Notes: generated from the sequence alone by a model not told the origin. A DNA stretch of 32,000 nucleotides from Ignicoccus islandicus DSM 13165 (GCF_001481685.1 NZ_CP006867.1:1050001-1082000), one strand, 5' to 3'. Counted from the stretch's first letter, positions 10,000 through 18,188 are shown. Numbers and translations: made by a program.

Positions 10000-10506
10000 T
10001 CATTAAGTTGCTTTCAAACCCATTCACCATGGGATGGTGAATCCCCATCTCCACCTCTTGTCCAAATTCACTTTTCCATTTACTCACAATTAATTCACTC
10101 ATTCCCTCAACCTTAACCATTTGAATTCAGAATTAATGGTCTCATTAATCACCTTCAGTTTCTACTAGCCTTCCCAATGGTCAATTCCATTTCAACTCAA
10201 TCAATTAGCATTGTATTTGCAAAATCAAACTCGATTTACCACTCTTGAGCTTAGACCATCAGTACGCGGTCCTTTCAAGATCGATCTTTATAATGAGAAG
10301 TTGCATTTAGGGGTTAATAAGCGATCATGAGAACTCTAATGATCATGGGGATTTCTACTCCAGCCTACCTTATACAAGCACATACATGCATATATTGGAC
10401 AACTACTTGAGTTTAAGTTCTGAAAGGAAAGGTATGAATGTGGAAAGGCAGATGAAGGGAAATGGTTAAAAGGTGAGAAAGAGGTTGTTTAAATAGGAGG
10501 GCAACG
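10000..10506 (+). promoter_or_regulatory. Putative CRISPR leader region
   Basis: ORF-poor, AT-rich segment next to the uniform-repeat end of the array. TTTAAATA at 10488-10495 resembles an archaeal TATA box reading into the first repeat. The left limit is arbitrary. Confidence 0.55.
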
Positions 10507-11471
10507 GTAGAGATCCAATAGGGAATAGAAAGAACGCGCTTTCGAATAACTTTACGTCGACATTCTCTATCTCGGGTAGAGATCCAATAGGGAATAGAAA
10601 GAAGCACAACAAGAAAGGCTTATTCGATCTATCAATAGTAGAGATCCAATAGGGAATAGAAAGATGAACCCTATCTCGCTCTGATGTATTATCAATACGA
10701 AGCAAGTAGAGATCCAATAGGGAATAGAAAGTTAATACCAGGCTCGGGAACGAGTGCGACAGCAGAGATTTTGTAGAGATCCAATAGGGAATAGAAAGCA
10801 TTTCGTACGTATGAGAAAGCGTTATGACTGACGTAAACAGTAGAGATCCAATAGGGAATAGAAAGATCCCAATATACTCTCATCGGTTCGTCTTTGTTGT
10901 TCCTGTAGAGATCCAATAGGGAATAGAAAGTTGATTTGTTCAAGGCTCTTGCTGACGACGTCATACATTTCTAGTAGAGATCCAATAGGGAATAGAAAGC
11001 TTTCTCATGTAAACTCTTTTCCTCATCTCGAAATGTTTTCAGTAGAGTCCCAATAGGGAATAGAAAGTTGTAATACTCACTAAGGTTTTCGATGTTGACA
11101 GGTCTCCAACTGTAGAGTCCCAATATGGAATAGAAAGAATTGGACAGGAAGAAGGTTCTCTTCAGGAACTACAAAGTAGAATCCCAATAGGGAATAGAAA
11201 GTTAACTATCCTGTCCACATTGCAATCCTCCACTGCCAACTGTAGAATCCCAATAGGGAATAGAAAGAAGGTCTTCGTTAATCCTCCCATTCCGCCACCG
11301 GACATACTGTAGAATCCCAATATGGAATAGAAAGCAAACTGAAATTGAGAATCATAAGCGACAGAGGGAAGGACGGGTAGAGATCCAATAGGGAATAGAA
11401 AGCAAATATATATGTAAATTCCTTCAAGGAAGAGAAATAGGAAGTGTAGAGTCCCAATAGGGAATAGAAAA
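10507..11471 (+). CRISPR. CRISPR array, 15 repeats of 26 bp (GTAGAGATCCAATAGGGAATAGAAAG and variants), 14 spacers of 36-44 nt
   Basis: Repeats start at 10507, 10576, 10638, 10706, 10773, 10840, 10905, 10974, 11042, 11112, 11176, 11242, 11309, 11377 and 11446. Repeats diverge toward the right. The ...ATAGAAAG 3' end suits a crenarchaeal 5' handle with rightward transcription. Confidence 0.98.
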
Positions 11472-11510
11472 GGTAAACCTACGGGACTGCCCGCAAGCTG
11501 ACATATAAAA

Positions 11511-11648
11511 ATGACTGTAAAGACCCCAAAGGGTACGAAAACCGTTAGGATAGCCGACGTTATGGGGAAACCTCTTACGGAATTGGCAAAGGAATTTTGG
11601 AAACGATTAGAGGAAAAAGAGAAAAAAGAAAAAGAGGAAAGGGATTGA
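11511..11648 (+). CDS. Possible small charged protein (45 aa)
   Basis: Manual translation MTVKTPKGTKTVRIADVMGKPLTELAKEFWKRLEEKEKKEKEERD*; below the track's size cut-off. Confidence 0.35.
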   Translation: MTVKTPKGTKTVRIADVMGKPLTELAKEFWKRLEEKEKKEKEERD

Positions 11649-11801
11649 AAAACGCAGCAACATCTGAACAACAAAGCGCCTCCGTACGTTTCAGACATCA
11701 AGAACGCAGTCCTCTTATCGGCGTAACGATTGAGAGCTTTACCGGAAACTTATACCAACTGTTCTTTAGAAGCAATTAGTGGACCGAGGGGGACTTCCGA
11801 G

Positions 11802-12020
11802 ATGCCCAAGGAGATTCCGTGGCACAAGTTAACTCCAGAAGAGAGAATAGTGGTTCAGTACTTCTTGGCACATAAATCGATAGGGGACTTGATACTACTT
11901 AGGGACTTGGAACTGAAGGGCATCAAGAAGCCAATAAGAGTGTTGGAGAGTTTATTGAACAAAGGGATTCTGGAGAAGGGCGAGGGATGTTACTCGCTTA
12001 GGAAGGAATACAGGATTTAG
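11802..12020 (+). CDS. Small winged-helix-like protein (72 aa)
   Basis: MPKEIPWHKLTPEERIVVQYFLAHKSIGDLILLRDLELKGIKKPIRVLESLLNKGILEKGEGCYSLRKEYRI. The helical pattern and LNKGILEKGEGCYSL wing resemble wHTH. The tracked start at 11730 adds an unlikely N-terminus. Confidence 0.6.
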   Translation: MPKEIPWHKLTPEERIVVQYFLAHKSIGDLILLRDLELKGIKKPIRVLESLLNKGILEKGEGCYSLRKEYRI

Positions 12021-12811
12021 GGAACGACCCAAGTGCCTTCGCCTGTTTCCAAACACCTCAAGGGGTTTTCACGCGTCCCGTCACATATGACTACCTTAGT
12101 TCCGCTCGAAGCGACCCTCCCCGCCATTATTACCTTTATGTTCATTCCGGGTCCTATTTCCTTAGCAATCTCTTCCGCCTCTGACGACTTTATTTCCTTA
12201 ATTACTTCACCATTCATGAGAACCCCCGGTACATCGGTCAAGAGAACTAAGTAGTCAGCCCTTACTGCCTTAGCTATCTCGCTCGCCATTTGATCACCGT
12301 TAACGTTCAGAAGCTCCCCTTCCTCGCTTATGGCTATCGGCGCGATCACGGGCGTGTAACCCATTTCAACCAACTTGGTTAAGAGATCGCCATTAACTTC
12401 CTTTATCTTACCGGTGTACCCTCCCGGGATGGCTCTCTTGATTTCCCTCTCCCCGACCTTCTCCTTTACTATTACCCTTTTCTTCCTGTCAGCTACAACC
12501 AGCTTCCCGTCCGCTCCCGTCAAACCTATGGCCTTCTTCCCTAACCTCTCCAAGCTACTCACTATTCTTTTGTTCAATAGCCCTCCCAGTACGGCTACGA
12601 ACACTTCGAGTTCCGTTTCGTCAGTATAGCGGAACTTTATTCCGGAAGCCGAGATCTTGAACTTCGGCTCTATTCCCATTTTCCTTTCCCATTCGTCAAC
12701 TAAGTCTCCTCCACCGTGAACGAAAACAACGCCTTCAAATCTCGCGATGTCCCTTACAATGTTATCCATGTTATTGAGTAGGGTCCTACCTCCAGCCTTA
12801 ACGACTATCAA
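12017..12811 (-). CDS. Amino-acid-kinase-family protein, [LysW]-aminoadipate/glutamate kinase (LysZ/ArgB)-like
   Basis: VVKAGG, VFVHGGG, GLTGADG, NVNGDQMASEIAKAVRAD, LLTDVPGVL, and the GPGMNIKVIMAGRVASSGTKVVICDG terminal motif. Confidence 0.87.
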   Translation of the reverse strand: MIVVKAGGRTLLNNMDNIVRDIARFEGVVFVHGGGDLVDEWERKMGIEPKFKISASGIKFRYTDETELEVFVAVLGGLLNKRIVSSLERLGKKAIGLTGADGKLVVADRKKRVIVKEKVGEREIKRAIPGGYTGKIKEVNGDLLTKLVEMGYTPVIAPIAISEEGELLNVNGDQMASEIAKAVRADYLVLLTDVPGVLMNGEVIKEIKSSEAEEIAKEIGPGMNIKVIMAGRVASSGTKVVICDGTRENPLRCLETGEGTWVVP

Positions 12812-12881
12812 ATGCTACCCCTTATCCAGCTAGGCCCATTATCTTATAATTGGTCCCCTAAGTAGGCTTGTTTGGAATGCT

Positions 12882-13313
12882 ATGAATGGTCCCCTAATAG
12901 CTAAGTACGAGGATTTGAGCAAAGCCGCCAAGGATAGAGGCGTTAAGCTAGTAGTGGCTAGGCCCCGTCCAACTGAGCTTAAGTGGGAGTCCGTATGGGA
13001 ACCTGGAAAGGTACTAGCTTCGAAGACGTTCGAAATAGGCTTCGCTACCCCCTCCTCGTCCCAAGATTTCCATATGCATAAAACTGTCTACGAGGTCTAC
13101 GTGTTCCTCGGGAAAGGCCTCGTTAAGTACCTGGAAGGAAATCGAGTTAAGGAAGTGGAAGTAAGCGAAGGGGACTTGGTAATGATTCCGCCAGGAACGT
13201 ATCACTATGTAGAGATAAGGGAGGGAGGAGCGTACGCAATATCTATATGCTCTTCCGAAAATTGCGATCTGGGGCGGGACAAGGTAGTTCTGAACGCTCC
13301 CTTCGAGGGATGA
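12882..13313 (+). CDS. Cupin-fold protein
   Basis: FHMHKTVYEVYVFLGKG...VEVSEGDLVMIPPGTYHYVEI, two cupin motifs. Confidence 0.82.
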   Translation: MNGPLIAKYEDLSKAAKDRGVKLVVARPRPTELKWESVWEPGKVLASKTFEIGFATPSSSQDFHMHKTVYEVYVFLGKGLVKYLEGNRVKEVEVSEGDLVMIPPGTYHYVEIREGGAYAISICSSENCDLGRDKVVLNAPFEG

Positions 13314-13364
13314 TCTGAGCTAGATTGACTGATCGATGAGGACGGTTTCTGGTGGTGACCCCAA

Positions 13365-14288
13365 TTACCCTATTAGAGATATGACAATTAGCCCCCACGC
13401 AATAGAAATAGTTAGAAGTATAGCGTTAACCCTAACGAAAGTTCTCAAGCTAGCCTTGGAAATGGTAATTGCGATAACGTTGGCAAGTGAGGCTATGGGG
13501 GTTCCCAGTCCTCCAACGTTTACGCCTAAGGCCAAGGGAAACCAGTCCCTAGTGACGTTTAGGAGAATCAGCGTAGCGGGAACGTTACTGATGACTTGGG
13601 ACAAGCCTACGGACATTAGGAAGACTTCCAATGGACTGGATGCGTCGATTTTCAAGTGCTGACCGATCCATTTAAATAGAACAATCATAATAGAGAGGCT
13701 CGCCAACACTTTCCACTCGATTTTCGGAGCCTTCCTATACAAGGAAATATACGAAGCGAAGGAACTCAAGAGGGCGAGGTACGATAGTTCGAGCCTTATT
13801 AAAGCTACTGCTACAATGAGAGAAGCTAACGCAACCAAGGCTTCGGAGCCCTTGAGGGGAACGGTCTCTCCTAGGCTCCTCTTCTCGTACCCCTTTAAGG
13901 AGTACAAGGAAACTGCGATCGGTAACGCCAGTCCGAGGGACATCTTGCTAATGAATAATTCTAGAGGTATCTTGAACTCGTTCCATATTATTACGTTCTG
14001 TGGGTTACCGAATGGAGTTAGCGCTGAACCCAAGTTTACTAAAGCAGCTATTAAGGGAGTTACCTCATTGGAACCCATCGCCACGCTTATTGGAATTATT
14101 ACGTACATGGCTCCATCGTTCATTAGGAAGGCGCCGGCGGCTAGAGCCACCAGACCTAGGATCCAATACGAGTTTATTCTCGCAGCTAAGTTCTGGAAGA
14201 GTCCCGATTCCTTGAACTCCTCCGATATTACCATGAAGGTCGCGAGTATCGCTAGCGCTTCGAAATCAGATTCCACGCTCAACGCCAA
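13365..14288 (-). CDS. ArsB/NhaD-like anion or sodium/anion permease, possibly N-terminally short
   Basis: FMVISEEFKESGLFQNLA...FLMNDGAMYVIIP...NLGSALTPFGNPQNVIIW...SVGLSQVISNVPATLIL. Only 307 aa. Confidence 0.75.
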   Translation of the reverse strand: MALSVESDFEALAILATFMVISEEFKESGLFQNLAARINSYWILGLVALAAGAFLMNDGAMYVIIPISVAMGSNEVTPLIAALVNLGSALTPFGNPQNVIIWNEFKIPLELFISKMSLGLALPIAVSLYSLKGYEKRSLGETVPLKGSEALVALASLIVAVALIRLELSYLALLSSFASYISLYRKAPKIEWKVLASLSIMIVLFKWIGQHLKIDASSPLEVFLMSVGLSQVISNVPATLILLNVTRDWFPLALGVNVGGLGTPIASLANVIAITISKASLRTFVRVNAILLTISIAWGLIVISLIG

Positions 14289-14372
14289 GGAAGTTCGCCG
14301 CGCAACGCCATTTGAACTATATCTATGGAAATAGAGAAAACGATGGGTGCGTCTCGGTCAAGGCTGAACTCT

Positions 14373-14491
14373 TCACCCTTCCGTAGAGGGAGCCTCCTCA
14401 TCGACCAAGTAGCTTCCGCAAACCGGACATAGCTCGAACTCCTTCGGATACCTCAAGCCACAGCTCAAGCACTTCCTAGTATATCTCGAAG
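14373..14491 (-). CDS. Zinc-ribbon segment in -1 frame relative to the upstream HD gene (start unresolved)
   Basis: ASRYTRKCLSCGLRYPKEFELCPVCGSYLVDEEAPSTEG* gives CxxC-x11-CxxC. The tracked ORF to 14687 mostly overlaps HD coding sequence and looks non-coding upstream. The boundary given here is approximate. Confidence 0.6.
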
Positions 14492-15079
14492 CAATTCCCT
14501 CAAAGGTTCCCCCATTTCTTCTGCCATTTTCATTAAGGACTCCCTCATGCTTTCCCTTATCTCCTCCACTCTCTTCATGCCCATTTCCACGTATTTCTCT
14601 GCTTGGAAATATGTGGCCAGCGTTTCCGCTACTTTTGCCACTTTCGCCTCTGTCGTTCCCTCCATGTATTCCATTGAGAGCTTCCAACCCTCTAGCACCT
14701 CCTTTAATTCCTCTATGGCCTCCCTCTCGAGGGCCTCCTTAACTTCCTTCGCCCTATCGCTGCTCCACTTAGGTATATCGCCTAACTTGGCTTCGCCGAA
14801 GTCGTGATAGAGGGCTATTAACGCCGCCCTTTCGGGATTTACGTTGAGACCCCTCTTCTTGAGCCTAACCCCTATCTCATAGGCTAGAACGGCTGAGTAG
14901 AACGAGTGGAGCGCCACGCTTTCCCCTAGCGCGGGCGGGACGCCCCTTTGCATCCATCCGGTTCTCACCAAACACGCGAGAGACCAGAGCACTTCCCACA
15001 CTTCCTTCAAGGCTCTTCCCAGGTCACTCGATGGCGGTGAAGTTAAATGGGAGGAGTCCAACAGCTTGAACGGTTTCAA
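14465..15079 (-). CDS. HD-domain (YfbR-like) phosphohydrolase
   Basis: VRTGWMQRGVPPALGESVALHSFYSAVLA...ERAALIALYHDFGEAKLGDIPKW. The start is uncertain because the first ~25 aa are not clearly conserved in character. Confidence 0.8.
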   Translation of the reverse strand: MKPFKLLDSSHLTSPPSSDLGRALKEVWEVLWSLACLVRTGWMQRGVPPALGESVALHSFYSAVLAYEIGVRLKKRGLNVNPERAALIALYHDFGEAKLGDIPKWSSDRAKEVKEALEREAIEELKEVLEGWKLSMEYMEGTTEAKVAKVAETLATYFQAEKYVEMGMKRVEEIRESMRESLMKMAEEMGEPLRELLRDILGSA

Positions 15080-15084
15080 CGAAA

Positions 15085-15894
15085 TTGAAGTACGCAGTCA
15101 TAGGCGCGTGGGGTTACCTAGGCGCTAACTTGTTGAACGAATTACCTTCGTGTGGAATCGCTAGGAAGTCGAGCGCGGAGAGGAGACCCTTCCTTAAGGA
15201 GGCCTTCAACGGAAAGGAAATGTATTTATTGAACGAAATAGCTGAGGAGGAACTAAAGGACGCGCTAGAGAGGTGCGGCGCGGACTCGGTTATTTACGCA
15301 ATAGGTAAACTCAGAGGCAACTACGATCAAATGAAGGAAGCTCACGTAGACAAGGCCTTACTAAGCTTGAGAGTGGCAAAGGAACTGGGCTTGAAATCGT
15401 TCGTCTACGTAAGCTCTGTTTTAGCTATGGGCATCGCTGAGAAGTGCAAAGACTTGAACGGGGTCGTAACGGAAGAGGAGAGCCACTTGGAGGGCTGCGA
15501 ACCAATAGGCAATTTCTCGATTACGAAAGCTATGGGGGAGGCAGAGATCGTTAGGAACTCCGAAGGAATAACAGTTGGAATAATAAGGCCGGCGCTAATT
15601 GTGGGTAAATGGGCCTACCATCCCGAATGGAAGTACTTAAACCTAGCGAAGTCCCTCGGACTACCGACCCCTAACCTGAGCGCTAGCACCATTAATTGCA
15701 TAGTCCAAGGCATAGAAGTGGCCTCCACTAGCGGAGGCTGGTACTTAACGGTCGATGGGAGCTTGAAGGAGCTGGGGTTTAGAGCCTTTGACGTAAAGGT
15801 CCCCTTGGGCCTCATTAAAGCGGCTCCAGACTCTTTGAAGCCCTTGCTCCTCGCCTTGAGGTACAAGTACGCTTCGAGACTCCTTCCATGCTAA
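15085..15894 (+). CDS. NAD-dependent epimerase/dehydratase-like protein (atypical SDR)
   Basis: N-terminal KYAVIGAWGYLGANLLNEL Rossmann motif, FVYVSSVLAMG and SITKAMGEAEI. TTG start. Confidence 0.78.
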   Translation: MKYAVIGAWGYLGANLLNELPSCGIARKSSAERRPFLKEAFNGKEMYLLNEIAEEELKDALERCGADSVIYAIGKLRGNYDQMKEAHVDKALLSLRVAKELGLKSFVYVSSVLAMGIAEKCKDLNGVVTEEESHLEGCEPIGNFSITKAMGEAEIVRNSEGITVGIIRPALIVGKWAYHPEWKYLNLAKSLGLPTPNLSASTINCIVQGIEVASTSGGWYLTVDGSLKELGFRAFDVKVPLGLIKAAPDSLKPLLLALRYKYASRLLPC

Positions 15895-15936
15895 AGAACA
15901 TTTAACGGAGGCGTCTCCGAAAGGTCGGATGGACTA

Positions 15937-17025
15937 ATGGAGCTCGGCGCGATAGCCGTCGCAGCGCTAACTGCCTCTTTCATTTATAGTTTCCTTTCCA
16001 GTCTAAGCGTCACGCTTAAATGGAAGAGGAAAGTATGGGAGGACTTCCCTCCATCCTATAGTAAGAGAGTTAGCGTGATACTTCCTTTCTATAACGAGAA
16101 ATTTGAAGACGTTGAAAGAACTATCGATAGCCTCGCTAGGCAAGACTACCCTAAGGAGCTTTTGGAGGTCCTAGTAGTTTTGGAGGAAGGAGATGAGGGA
16201 ACGGAGGAAATAGTTAAGGAGCTCCTACCGAGAATTCCTTTTAAGAAAAAGATCGTAAAGGTTCATGGAAGGAGGGGCAAGTGGAAAGCCCTAAACAAGG
16301 GGTTCAGCGAGGCCAATGGAGAGTTAGTGGTAGTATACGACGCGGGAGACGTTTTCGGTAGCGAACACATATCTAAGCTAGTTGGGGCCTCCTCGAAATA
16401 CCCAATAGTCACTTCGAGGGTTCTTAGGAAGGGGAAGGGACTGTGGGGCAACCTTTCGTTTGCGGAAACGATTCTTTGGACCGAAGTAGCAATTCCGTTA
16501 ATAAAGAAATTGACCGGAGTCGTGCCCCCTAGCGGGGAGGGAGTGGCGCTTACTTTCAAGCCCACCCTTCCGCCCTGTCTCGCCGAGGACGCGTTCCTGG
16601 TGTTGCTTGGAAAGGAAATAGGGGCCTTGGACTACGAAGTAATTGAGGGAGCTCCTTCGACGTTTAGGTCCTATGCCTTACAGAGGGCCCGCTGGTATAA
16701 AGGGTACCTTCAATGCATGGCGAGGGCTCTGAAGGAGAAACGCGTGAAGGAGGCCTTGATTTTCTCGATACCTCTCGTGATGGTAATGTATTCAATAGCG
16801 GTTCCGTTGACGTTATTGCTTCCCTTAATCGATCCATCCCCGAAATACTTCATCTTCCCGATTTCAATAGTTGCAATGATTTCTTTGCCATCCCTTTACT
16901 TGAGAGGTAGGGTCGATAGGAAGGCTTTGTTGTTCTTGCCCCTATCGGTAGTTCTTCAAGGCTTCATAGTTCTCTATTCTATAGGTGTGCGCGAATGGTT
17001 CAAGACGGAGCGTTCCTATGGATAG
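15937..17025 (+). CDS. Family 2 glycosyltransferase, membrane-associated
   Basis: VSVILPFYNEKFEDVERTIDSLARQDYP...VVYDAGDVFG...EDAFL...QRARWYKGYLQ (QxxRW), C-terminal transmembrane helices. Confidence 0.9.
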   Translation: MELGAIAVAALTASFIYSFLSSLSVTLKWKRKVWEDFPPSYSKRVSVILPFYNEKFEDVERTIDSLARQDYPKELLEVLVVLEEGDEGTEEIVKELLPRIPFKKKIVKVHGRRGKWKALNKGFSEANGELVVVYDAGDVFGSEHISKLVGASSKYPIVTSRVLRKGKGLWGNLSFAETILWTEVAIPLIKKLTGVVPPSGEGVALTFKPTLPPCLAEDAFLVLLGKEIGALDYEVIEGAPSTFRSYALQRARWYKGYLQCMARALKEKRVKEALIFSIPLVMVMYSIAVPLTLLLPLIDPSPKYFIFPISIVAMISLPSLYLRGRVDRKALLFLPLSVVLQGFIVLYSIGVREWFKTERSYG

Positions 17026-17198
17026 AGGCTACCGATTTCTATAAGTCGAGTCCTTTAGTCTATCTATAATTTTGGAATACGTTCATCTCTTCCAAGAATT
17101 ACTTACGGAACGCGAAGTTTACCGAAATATTTTTATATAACCGTTGAAGTAACCTACTTTTAAAGTATTTCGTCTCTTCCTATCTTGAGGGACGCGGC

Positions 17199-17624
17199 AT
17201 GGCAGAGGAAAAGGTCCAGACCCAAGAGGAAAAGGTCAAGGCGTTGCAAGACGAATTGAGGAGCTTACTATCTCAAGCTGAATACCTAAGGGACCAAGTG
17301 GATGCAGTTAACGCGATAATAGACGACCTCTACGCTAGCCTAGAGGTGCTCGATTACGTTTCGAAAGAAGGCAAGGGCAAAGTAGTGTTGGTCCCAATAG
17401 GCGCCGGAAACTTCATAAAGGCGAAGATAGAGGACACGAGCACGGTCATCACTTCGGTGGGCGGAAGACTCAACTTAGAGATACCCGTAGAGGAAGCCAA
17501 GAAGGCAATTCAGAACAGAATAAGCGCTTTGGAGCAAGTCAGATTAACCTTGCTCAGGAAGCTAGAAGAGATAAACAGGAAGGTCAATGAAATTTTGCCT
17601 AGAGTGAGAGAAGAGGCCCAGTAA
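17199..17624 (+). CDS. pfdA: Prefoldin alpha subunit
   Basis: Coiled coil flanking [38 protein letters not shown]. Confidence 0.88.
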   Translation: MAEEKVQTQEEKVKALQDELRSLLSQAEYLRDQVDAVNAIIDDLYASLEVLDYVSKEGKGKVVLVPIGAGNFIKAKIEDTSTVITSVGGRLNLEIPVEEAKKAIQNRISALEQVRLTLLRKLEEINRKVNEILPRVREEAQ

Positions 17625-17637
17625 AGGTGAAATTGCT

Positions 17638-17943
17638 TTGAGCGAATCCTTACTCTTTTTGCAATATAAGCTCAAAAGCGTGGAAGAAACTATCCTTAAG
17701 TTAAAGGCTGAGTTAGAGGAACTCAAGTCAGCTTCGAAGTTATTGGAAGAAACGAAACCCAAGTCAGCTTACAAGGTGTTTGCAAGTAAAGTAATGATAG
17801 AGTTGGACCCAGCTAAGCTCAAGGAGTTCATTGAGAGCGAAATTGAGAGTTTAGAAATGAAGATAAAGGCACTAGAGAAGGAGAGGGAAGAGCTATTAAA
17901 AGAAATTAAGTCGTTAAGGGAAGGGCTAGGCGTTGGGCCCTAG
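17638..17943 (+). CDS. Prefoldin-beta-like coiled-coil protein
   Basis: Helix, central SAYKVFASKVMIELDPAKLKEFIESEIESLEMKIKALEKEREELLKEI, helix. It has the organisation of archaeal prefoldin beta but is divergent. TTG start. Confidence 0.6.
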   Translation: MSESLLFLQYKLKSVEETILKLKAELEELKSASKLLEETKPKSAYKVFASKVMIELDPAKLKEFIESEIESLEMKIKALEKEREELLKEIKSLREGLGVGP

Positions 17944-17948
17944 GCGAA

Positions 17949-18134
17949 CTAGGGCTCTATATAGATTATTACTTCTTCCCTAGTGACGGGATCCCTTCTC
18001 TTTACGTAACCACTAAGCGGACCGGTTCTCTTCCACTCAACTAGCTCAGTAAATCGCTTCAAGGGTTCGTACTGAGGGGGATCCCAAACTCTGGTTTCAT
18101 CAAAGACGTCTACTTTCCTAATAATATACGCCAA
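17949..18134 (-). CDS. Small conserved-looking hypothetical protein (61 aa)
   Basis: MAYIIRKVDVFDETRVWDPPQYEPLKRFTELVEWKRTGPLSGYVKRRDPVTREEVIIYIEP; balanced composition, fills an otherwise empty gap. Confidence 0.55.
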   Translation of the reverse strand: MAYIIRKVDVFDETRVWDPPQYEPLKRFTELVEWKRTGPLSGYVKRRDPVTREEVIIYIEP

Positions 18135-18188
18135 GTAGGGGATCCCTCAGATTAACTTGGCTACTTCTTTACCAAAAAAGTTTTCGCT

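Noticed and set aside
10413-11701. Minus-strand ORFs 10413-10607, 10466-10801, 10692-10964 and 11162-11701 with repeated FLFPIGSLP / FYSLLDLY peptides
   Set aside because: They are translations of CRISPR repeats and spacers; the periodic peptide is the repeat read antisense.
11597-11779. Plus ORF METIRGKREKRKRGKG... (60 aa)
   Set aside because: TTG start, low-complexity K/R-rich, and out of frame with the more plausible 45-aa ORF over the same bases.
9601-12811. Search for cas, toxin-antitoxin, transposase, integrase or restriction genes around the array
   Set aside because: No recognisable effector, nuclease, integrase or transposase motifs were seen in the neighbouring ORFs, so I do not claim a new defence operon.
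13314-13364. Possible C/D box sRNA between cupin and permease (GATGA and CTGA-like words)
   Set aside because: There is no correctly spaced RTGATGA...CTGA pair on either strand.
13816-14334. 172-aa plus ORF opposite the permease
   Set aside because: The minus strand encodes clear permease motifs (NDGAMYVIIP, PFGNPQNVII); the plus translation has no family features.
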